Shown here: positions 39,652 to 47,071 of the stretch, piece by piece
Layout: every line of letters begins with the position of its first letter
How positions within the stretch are numbered: position 1 is the first letter of the stretch
IMG/VR virus record: IMGVR_UViG_3300021963_000047
Coordinates: 32,001-96,000 of that record
DNA length: 64,000 nt
Reading direction: 5' to 3' (one strand)
DNA from: a virus
Program-made: the position numbers and the translations under genes
Notes under the pieces: generated by a model
Seen by the model: only the letters and a program-made list of their open reading frames with translations
What the model was told of the DNA's origin: nothing
Database searches by the model: none

Positions 39652-40522
39652 TTTTGATTTCTCCGGAGCCTACTATATTTTGTATGGTATTAAACCAGTC
39701 TTTTCCGTAGCTATTTATAAGGATTTCATCAACCCCTAAAGCCTGATGTCTTAATCTTATTTTATTATTTATTATATCAAGACTCTTATCCAAATTATTA
39801 TTAAATTCAATATCTGGGTTATAGACACCAACTACTGCTCCTATGGCATAGTCTCCCCTGCCATATGGCAAGTCTTCATCATTTTCTTTCAAATCATTAT
39901 AAAATGACATGTCATTCTCTAAGCCCAAATAGCTAACTAAAGAAGTAAAGTCTTTTGCATTAAAATCAACTTTATTTCTTTTCATAAAATCTATCATTAA
40001 TCCATTTTCAACACATATTCTTTCATACAGTCTTTCATTAGTTTCATACCACGTATATTGTGGAAATTTAATATTCCAGCCACCAACAAGGTGCCACCAT
40101 TTAAAAGCTTCTTCATTACCGTTATAAACAAATATAAACTTGGCTTTTGGAAAATTTTCTTTTAACCAATCTAAATTATATGAAAACCAATGTGATTTTA
40201 CAATCTTAACCCCATCATCAAAATTATCAAAAGCAGAAGATACTTCTGAAATAAAGGTTTCTTTTGTAAGTTTTTTAAGAAGATGAAAATCTTCTCCTAT
40301 ACCGTTTCCGGGACCAAAATATGCAGAAGAATGCATACCAACTTTTTTAGTCTTGCCGTTAGGAAATGTAGCTACACTACTATAAGTCGGAAATTTATCT
40401 TTATCACTGGAGTTAATATCTTTATGGTGCGAAAGTATACTAAGAACTTTGCTCCACTTGCTTCCCGGTGCACCGGTAGCAAATATCAAATCACTGCCAT
40501 CTGTTATTTTTGCCATATCCAA
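39641..40522 (-). CDS. Sulfotransferase/P-loop-fold-like protein (paralogue 3)
   Basis: LIFATGAPGSKWS, IVKSHWFSYNLDWL and WWHLVGGWNIKFP, closely matching 32123-32971. Confidence 0.5.
   Translation of the reverse strand: MDMAKITDGSDLIFATGAPGSKWSKVLSILSHHKDINSSDKDKFPTYSSVATFPNGKTKKVGMHSSAYFGPGNGIGEDFHLLKKLTKETFISEVSSAFDNFDDGVKIVKSHWFSYNLDWLKENFPKAKFIFVYNGNEEAFKWWHLVGGWNIKFPQYTWYETNERLYERICVENGLMIDFMKRNKVDFNAKDFTSLVSYLGLENDMSFYNDLKENDEDLPYGRGDYAIGAVVGVYNPDIEFNNNLDKSLDIINNKIRLRHQALGVDEILINSYGKDWFNTIQNIVGSGEIKNEN
39712..39719 (-). promoter_or_regulatory. Late promoter TATAAATA on the minus strand
   Basis: TATTTATA on the + strand, 60 nt upstream of the 39651 start; intragenic. Confidence 0.55.
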
Positions 40523-41121
40523 AACAACCTCATATTTGTTCTATGATTCATTCCTGTCTTTTCAGAAACTCTATCTACCCAGTCATGATCTATAGAACCA
40601 TCTTTTTTTAACCTATGAATTATAGTTGGTTGAACTATAAGTTTTAAATCTAAAGTATCAGACCAATATTGTACTAACATCTCATTCCAACCATAATACA
40701 TGTCATCACCATGTTCATTCATATTTCCTCTAAACACAGCAATTCCATTTTTCTTTAATACTCTTTTCATTTCTAAAAGTTGATGTTCAATAGTAATATC
40801 ATCACCAAAGTTGATACTACCATAACATAAGCATGCATCAACAGTTTCATCATTATATGGAAGATGAGATATGTCAGCTTTTATATCTGCTCTTCTATTT
40901 GCTATATCTATTCCAACTAAATTTTGAATATGATCTTTGTATTGATTATCACCACAACCGAGATCTAATACTAAAGAAGGATTAAGTTTGTTAATCCTTT
41001 CTATAGTTTCTATACCACACTTTTCAAATTTATTAATATCATGTGGTCGTCTTTTTAAACTCTTATCAAAAGCTTTTATTATATTTGTATTATTTTCTGA
41101 CATGTCCTTAAAAAATCCCAA
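40504..41121 (-). CDS. Class I SAM-dependent methyltransferase
   Basis: VLDLGCGDN, GIDI and LPYNDETVDACLCYGSINFG...RVLKKNG. Confidence 0.85.
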   Translation of the reverse strand: MGFFKDMSENNTNIIKAFDKSLKRRPHDINKFEKCGIETIERINKLNPSLVLDLGCGDNQYKDHIQNLVGIDIANRRADIKADISHLPYNDETVDACLCYGSINFGDDITIEHQLLEMKRVLKKNGIAVFRGNMNEHGDDMYYGWNEMLVQYWSDTLDLKLIVQPTIIHRLKKDGSIDHDWVDRVSEKTGMNHRTNMRLFWIWQK

Positions 41122-41882
41122 GATTCTGGTGTCATAGCACCAGTAATATTTAATGTAGGTCTAGGTTCATGTCCAAAATTGCAAGTGCCATGAGGTATAT
41201 CTCTCCAAGGCCATGTCATACAATCACCACGTTTCCACGTTAAGAATTCATTACCTTGTTTCCAAACTTGACCCTGCTTTTGATCATCAAGAAATATTAT
41301 AACTCTCATAAGTTTTCTTTGATCATGATCACATTCTGCAAACTTATTATAATCATCTCTTAGATTACGAAGAAGACCACCAAAGTTATCTAAATGCCAA
41401 TAAAACATTTGACCCGGCAATTGAACATCAAACTTTACATTTGGTCCGCCCTTTCTACCACCAGGATGTTTAAATTTAAATACATCAACAATCTTCTGTA
41501 TCTTTTCTGGAACTTCGAAGTGTCTTGTTCTATTTAAAACAGTATACTGATTTTCACCACCGTCTACATTATAACCCCATTTCTTGAAGTCATTGTATTC
41601 CATGTTATTATTGTTATCTTTGCGAGGATCAGCTCTATAATCAAACGTAGCTGGTTCTGTCTGTGACATGAGTTGTTTAACTTCTTCATCCCAATCTCCT
41701 GTAAAATTGCAAATTGGAATATGTGTCGGTGGATCACAGTCAGTATCATCTTTATTATCATCAAAATGGTATAAAGAAGTAGCTTTGCAAAATTCAAATA
41801 ACCCAGCATAATCTTTATATGATACAGGTTCTTTAGTCTTTAAGTTCTTCCACAGTTCATACGGACTTTTATCAAACTTCAT
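41079..41882 (-). CDS. 2OG-Fe(II) oxygenase-like protein
   Basis: QLPGQMFYWHLD...RVIIFLDD...IPHGTCNFG..PRPTLNITG. Confidence 0.72.
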   Translation of the reverse strand: MKFDKSPYELWKNLKTKEPVSYKDYAGLFEFCKATSLYHFDDNKDDTDCDPPTHIPICNFTGDWDEEVKQLMSQTEPATFDYRADPRKDNNNNMEYNDFKKWGYNVDGGENQYTVLNRTRHFEVPEKIQKIVDVFKFKHPGGRKGGPNVKFDVQLPGQMFYWHLDNFGGLLRNLRDDYNKFAECDHDQRKLMRVIIFLDDQKQGQVWKQGNEFLTWKRGDCMTWPWRDIPHGTCNFGHEPRPTLNITGAMTPESWDFLRTCQKIIQI

Positions 41883-42583
41883 ATTGAGTTTCTCTGAACA
41901 ATCATAAAGTATCTTTCATCGCCCTGCTGGTTTTCTTCAAGAGCAAATCTGATAAGCTTAAGATCATTTTCACGCATCAACTCATAGATAAATTCTTGTG
42001 TCCATGGGAACCAATCAATAAACATAAAACTAGTCTTATCTTTTGGAATAGGTTTGTGGTCAATTCCGGGATTAAATCTAAAATAGATATATCCACCAAT
42101 CTTTGTCATGTCTACAATCTTTGCAAACATTTCTCTTATATGTTTTTCATCTGTTCCAAAGTTCAAGCTGCCAAGAGCTAATACTTGGTCATATTGTTTC
42201 TTTGGTTCAAACTCTTCGAGAGTCTTCTTAATATCAGCCGCAGGATGATAAGGATCTAGACCTTTAAGATTATTAATCTTATCCTTATAAAAATTATCTC
42301 CACACCCTACGTCTAAAACAGACTTAGGATTCTTAGAGTTTGCAAACTTTATAAGGTATTTGCCAGATTCTGGATAAGAATGCTTTGATTTCCACACACC
42401 TGAGAAGTATTTTGAGATGTACTTAACATGCATATCATCACAAAAGTCTTTGAGAGTCTCATACTTAGAACTGTCTAAAGAAAACATAAAGTTTTCATCT
42501 ATCCATTCTTGTGTAAGAAGCTTCTTAAAGTTCTTATTATTGATCTTAGGAAATTCAGATTTAATAAAATTGAGGATTTTCAT
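41879..42583 (-). CDS. Class I SAM-dependent methyltransferase
   Basis: VLDVGCGDNFYK, GLDPY, YDQVLALGSLNFG and FRFNPG. Paralogue of 40504-41121. Confidence 0.85.
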   Translation of the reverse strand: MKILNFIKSEFPKINNKNFKKLLTQEWIDENFMFSLDSSKYETLKDFCDDMHVKYISKYFSGVWKSKHSYPESGKYLIKFANSKNPKSVLDVGCGDNFYKDKINNLKGLDPYHPAADIKKTLEEFEPKKQYDQVLALGSLNFGTDEKHIREMFAKIVDMTKIGGYIYFRFNPGIDHKPIPKDKTSFMFIDWFPWTQEFIYELMRENDLKLIRFALEENQQGDERYFMIVQRNSI

Positions 42584-42615
42584 AGTTTCTCCATAATATA
42601 ATTGTCACTCTGCCT

Positions 42616-42627
42616 TATTTATAAATA
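42616..42627. promoter_or_regulatory. Bidirectional overlapping T4 late promoters (palindrome TATTTATAAATA)
   Basis: TATAAATA on + (42620-42627) and on - (42616-42623), in the gap between the divergent methyltransferase gene and g13. Confidence 0.8.
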
Positions 42628-42652
42628 CTTAAAAGGCCTTTCGGAGTTTAAA

Positions 42653-43393
42653 ATGGCAGTACCAGCATCTAGATCACAATTTAAAGAATATTGTCTCCGT
42701 ACTCTTGGCAAGCCTGTGTTGGAAATCAACGTAGACGATGATCAGGTTGAAGATCGTATAGATCAAGCTCTAAGATACTATTGGGACTATCACTTTGACG
42801 GTTCTGAAAAAATATATTATAAGCACCAAGTTACAGCACAAGATAAAACAAATCAATATATAACACTACCTGAAAATATAATTGGTGTAGTTAATATATT
42901 TAACATTGGTGATGCTCTAAACACTAACAACATGTTTAACATCAGATATCAAATAGCTCTAAATGATTTATATACACTAACATCTGTCTCTATGGTTCCA
43001 TATTATATGGCTCTCCAACATATCCAAATGTTGGAGTATCTGTTGGTTGGAAAACAACCATTAAGATATAATAGACATATGGATAAATTACGTATTGATA
43101 TGGACTGGAATAAATTAGAAGACAATCACTACTTGATTGTTGAAGCTTATGAAGTCGTTGATCCTGACGTATACACAGATGCATGGGGAGATCGCTGGTT
43201 AGCACAATATGCTACTGCACTCATTAAAAAACAATGGGGTACAAACCTTAAAAAGTTCGAAGGTATGACACTTCCTGGTGGAATTAAGTTCAATGGTCAA
43301 AAGATTTATGATGAAGCAGATGATGAAATCAAAGCTTTAGAAAAAGAAATGATCAGCAGCTATAGTCTGCCAGTAACAGATATGATAGGCTAA
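42653..43393 (+). CDS. g13: Neck protein gp13
   Basis: CLRTLGKPVLEINVDDDQVEDRID...YATALIKKQWGTNLKKF. Start set at ATG 42653, after GGAG. Confidence 0.95.
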   Translation: MAVPASRSQFKEYCLRTLGKPVLEINVDDDQVEDRIDQALRYYWDYHFDGSEKIYYKHQVTAQDKTNQYITLPENIIGVVNIFNIGDALNTNNMFNIRYQIALNDLYTLTSVSMVPYYMALQHIQMLEYLLVGKQPLRYNRHMDKLRIDMDWNKLEDNHYLIVEAYEVVDPDVYTDAWGDRWLAQYATALIKKQWGTNLKKFEGMTLPGGIKFNGQKIYDEADDEIKALEKEMISSYSLPVTDMIG

Positions 43394-44118
43394 TGGCTAC
43401 AAATTTTTATTTTAATAACTTTCAGAATAGTCAAGAACAACTTCTCATTGAGAATCTAATCATTGAGTCCATAAAAATATATGGACAAGATATGTTCTAT
43501 GTACCAAGAGTTATTAAAAACAAAGATGAGATCTACGGTGCGGATGATATCTCAGAATATACTAGAGCATATCCAGTAGAATTATACATAAAATCTGTAG
43601 ATGGATTTACGGGTGATGGCAATTTTATGTCAAAATTTGGTCTAGAAATTAGAGATCAAGTTGTATTTTCTATTGCTCAAAGAGTATTTAATGAAGAAGT
43701 TGGAATGGATACTACACTTGTTAGACCTAATGAAGGTGACTTAATCTATTTCCCTCTTAATAATAAATTATTTAAGATCATGTTTGTTAATAAGTTTGAA
43801 ATGTTTTATCAACTTGGAGCACTACAAACTTGGGAACTTACGTGTGAACTTTTTGAATATTCTAGTGAAAAGTTTGATACCGGTATACCAGAGATTGATT
43901 CTATACAAAAAAATCTTTCATTAAATGTATTTGATTGGGCGCTCTTAAATGAAGCTGGTGAAAGATTAATAGATGAAAATAGTGATTATATAGTATTAGA
44001 AAACTTTACTTTAGAAGATATAGATGATCTTTCTGATAATAGATTCATTCAAAATGAAACTGATGATTTCTTAGACTTTACTGAGAAAGATCCATTCTCT
44101 GAGAACGGAACATATTAA
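43393..44118 (+). CDS. g14: Neck protein gp14
   Basis: ESIKIYGQDMFYVPR, SKFGLEIRD, RPNEGDLIYFP and LDFTEKDPF. Confidence 0.95.
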   Translation: MATNFYFNNFQNSQEQLLIENLIIESIKIYGQDMFYVPRVIKNKDEIYGADDISEYTRAYPVELYIKSVDGFTGDGNFMSKFGLEIRDQVVFSIAQRVFNEEVGMDTTLVRPNEGDLIYFPLNNKLFKIMFVNKFEMFYQLGALQTWELTCELFEYSSEKFDTGIPEIDSIQKNLSLNVFDWALLNEAGERLIDENSDYIVLENFTLEDIDDLSDNRFIQNETDDFLDFTEKDPFSENGTY

Positions 44119-44957
44119 TGTTTGGGCATACATTTTATTTTAGCACTATAAGAAAATATGTAACTTTATTTGGAACACTGTTTAATGATATTCATATCAC
44201 AAGAACAGATTCGACAAATACAACAGTAGCTTTACTAAAAGTTCCTCTGGCTTATGCGCCAAAAGAGAAAGTTTTGGCTAGAGTCGATGCTGATCCAAAT
44301 ATAGATAGACAGACTGCTATTACTCTTCCTCGCATGTCTTTCGAAATGATAGATATGAAATATGATGCAAATAGAAAATTAAATACTATTGAAAGAAGAG
44401 TTGTAAAAGAACCAAATTCAACTTCAAAATTAAAATATCAATATAATCCTGTTCCGTATAATATCTCTTTTAGACTTTACATTTATGTAAAAAATGCAGA
44501 AGATGGTACAAAAATAGTAGAACAAATACTTCCGTTCTTTACTCCTGACTGGACAACTACTGTTCAGCTTATCCCAGAAATGGGAATTAATATGGATATA
44601 CCGGTAGTATTAGATAATATAAACATTGAAGATTCATATGAGGGAGACTTTGAGAAAAGAAGAGCTCTTATATGGACACTAGATTTTACACTTAAAGGAT
44701 ACATTTATGGTCCTATTAAGAAGTCTGGTGTAATTAAATTTGCAAATACAAACTTCTATATCCCATCTGTTCCAGATGGAGAAATGAGTACAGCTGTAGG
44801 TAACACAAATCCATCTGAAAGAGTTACAATAAGACCTGGCCTCACAGCAAATGGTACTCCAACATCAAATGTTGCTGAGTCAGTCTCTCTAGCAGAGATA
44901 GAAGCAGATGATGATTTTGGTTATTGCATCAGCATAGAAACTATTATAACAGAATGA
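44118..44957 (+). CDS. g15: Tail sheath stabiliser/terminator gp15
   Basis: FGTLFNDI, KVPLAYAPKEK, LPRMSFE, IVEQILPFFTP and YEGDF. Confidence 0.95.
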   Translation: MFGHTFYFSTIRKYVTLFGTLFNDIHITRTDSTNTTVALLKVPLAYAPKEKVLARVDADPNIDRQTAITLPRMSFEMIDMKYDANRKLNTIERRVVKEPNSTSKLKYQYNPVPYNISFRLYIYVKNAEDGTKIVEQILPFFTPDWTTTVQLIPEMGINMDIPVVLDNINIEDSYEGDFEKRRALIWTLDFTLKGYIYGPIKKSGVIKFANTNFYIPSVPDGEMSTAVGNTNPSERVTIRPGLTANGTPTSNVAESVSLAEIEADDDFGYCISIETIITE

Positions 44958-44964
44958 GTGAAAA

Positions 44965-45372
44965 ATGTCAACAGCAAATAATGATCCAATAGCTAATGCT
45001 TTAGGTGTTAGTCCTATGACAAGTGTTGTAAAGCACTTAGAGAAGACCGCAAATGATGATACTGCTAAAGATGACTTTACTGTAGCACGTGCAAATATAC
45101 ACAATATTATTGAGACTGGTTCAGACGCTCTTGACAAGCTTATGCAGCTTGCTGATCAATCACAATCTGCGCGTGCATATGAAGTTGTAGCTATCTTAAT
45201 GAAGAACTTACTAGATGCAAATAAAGATCTTCTAGGTATACAGAAGACTATACGAGAAATTCAAGATATTGAAAAGCCTACTAATAACACCACGGTTAAT
45301 CACAATAATCTATTTGTTGGCTCGACAGCAGAACTTCAGAAAGTAATTCAGGATATGAGAAAGAATGACTGA
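44965..45372 (+). CDS. g16: Terminase small subunit gp16
   Basis: RAYEVVA and NNLFVGSTAELQK. Confidence 0.93.
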   Translation: MSTANNDPIANALGVSPMTSVVKHLEKTANDDTAKDDFTVARANIHNIIETGSDALDKLMQLADQSQSARAYEVVAILMKNLLDANKDLLGIQKTIREIQDIEKPTNNTTVNHNNLFVGSTAELQKVIQDMRKND

Positions 45373-47005
45373 AGAAGTTTTAATTGAAGGTGGTTATAAA
45401 GGTAACGTAAATCTTAAAAGGCGTTCTGTTGAGATACAATGGACTCCAGAACTCGTACAAGAATACGTAAAGTGTGCTAAAGATCCAGTATACTTTATTG
45501 AAAAGTATATGAAGATCATCAGTATTAATGAAGGTCTTATAAACTTTAAGCTATATGATTACCAAAAAGAAATGGTAAAATCTATGGCTGAAAATAGATA
45601 TACTGTCATAGCCACAGCTCGTCAGGCTGGTAAGTCAACTACTACTTGTGGATTTATCCTTTGGTATATCATATTTCATGCAGATAAGACTGTTGCACTT
45701 CTTGCTAACAAGGGTGATACTGCTAGAGAAATTCTTGGTCGTATTCAGCTCGCATATCAGCACCTTCCAAAGTGGTTACAACAGGGTATTATTGAATGGA
45801 ATAAAGGTTCATTTGTTCTTGAAAATAATTCGAGAGTAATAGCAGCTGCTACATCTTCTGACGCAATTCGTGGTTATTCTATTAACCTTCTATTCATCGA
45901 CGAAGCGGCGTTCATTGACACATGGGATGAATTCTTTACATCGGTTTATCCTACTATTTCATCTGGTAATGATTCTAAGATTGTACTTGTTTCTACTCCA
46001 AATGGTCTCAATCATTTCCATAAGATATGGGTTGAAGCAGAACAACAAAAGAATCAATATAAACCTATCAAAGTCATGTGGTATGATGTTCCGGGCAGAG
46101 ATGATAAGTGGAGAGAAGACACTATAGCTGCTATGAGTTTCGATACTGAAAAGTTCGAACAGGAATATTGTGTAGAATTTCTTGGTAGTTCTGGTACACT
46201 CATAGCAGGTTGGAAATTAAAAGAACTTGTGTCAAAAATACCAATCTTTGATAAAAATGGTGTTAAACAATATGTAGAACCCATGCAAGGACATTCGTAT
46301 GTCATGGTCGTGGACGTTTCTAGAGGCAAAGGCTTAGACTATTCTGCATTTCAAGTGATAGATGTTACCAAGATGCCTTATGAACAAGTTTGTACTTTTA
46401 GAGATAATATGATAACACCAACAGATTATTGTTCAATTATTCATAGGATTAGTAGATCATATAACAATGCATCAGTTCTTGTAGAAATCAATGATATTGG
46501 TGGTCAAGTATCCGATATGTTATATTATGAATATGATATGGATACTCTTTTATCTTCAGAAAATGATGGTAGAGCTGGTAAAAGAATTTCTTCAGGCTTT
46601 AGCGGTTCTAGTGCTGATAAAGGAATTAGAACAACTAAAACTGTGAAATCTGTTGGCTGTTCAATCATGAAATTATTAATAGAACAAAATCAACTAATTA
46701 TTAATGATCATGAAACTATTCATGAACTCTCTGTCTTTTCAAGAAAAGGAAAGTCATATGAAGCAGAATCAGGAAATCATGATGACTTGGTTATTGGTCT
46801 AGTACTTTTTGCTTGGCTTTCAGATCAACATTATTTTAGAGAAATGACAGATATCAACACTTTGACAAAGATTAGAGACAAAGATGATGAACAAATAGCA
46901 AGTGAATTAACACCTTTTGGATTCTTCAGTGAAGGAGAAGATGAACCAGATCTAGATCTTCCAAAGGGTGAAAATTGGATGTGGGCTAATGAGAGACTGA
47001 CATGA
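45365..47005 (+). CDS. g17: Terminase large subunit gp17
   Basis: Walker A ARQAGKST, Walker B FIDEAAF, VSTPNG, and nuclease motifs DVSRG..DYS and HDDLV. Confidence 0.97.
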   Translation: MTEEVLIEGGYKGNVNLKRRSVEIQWTPELVQEYVKCAKDPVYFIEKYMKIISINEGLINFKLYDYQKEMVKSMAENRYTVIATARQAGKSTTTCGFILWYIIFHADKTVALLANKGDTAREILGRIQLAYQHLPKWLQQGIIEWNKGSFVLENNSRVIAAATSSDAIRGYSINLLFIDEAAFIDTWDEFFTSVYPTISSGNDSKIVLVSTPNGLNHFHKIWVEAEQQKNQYKPIKVMWYDVPGRDDKWREDTIAAMSFDTEKFEQEYCVEFLGSSGTLIAGWKLKELVSKIPIFDKNGVKQYVEPMQGHSYVMVVDVSRGKGLDYSAFQVIDVTKMPYEQVCTFRDNMITPTDYCSIIHRISRSYNNASVLVEINDIGGQVSDMLYYEYDMDTLLSSENDGRAGKRISSGFSGSSADKGIRTTKTVKSVGCSIMKLLIEQNQLIINDHETIHELSVFSRKGKSYEAESGNHDDLVIGLVLFAWLSDQHYFREMTDINTLTKIRDKDDEQIASELTPFGFFSEGEDEPDLDLPKGENWMWANERLT

Positions 47006-47017
47006 AGAATGCTTTTT

Positions 47018-47025
47018 TATAAATA
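47018..47025 (+). promoter_or_regulatory. Late promoter TATAAATA for g18
   Basis: Intergenic exact consensus. Confidence 0.88.
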
Positions 47026-47071
47026 AATTAAAATATTAGTATTTAATATTCCATTATGGAAGGAGAGAAAA

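Noticed and set aside
29015-42583. Island as a DNA hypermodification cluster
   Set aside because: No recognisable thymidylate-synthase-like hydroxymethylase, nucleotide kinase/pyrophosphatase, DNA-MTase catalytic motifs or Dpd/Que genes. Its location and late promoters point elsewhere, but this is not formally excluded.
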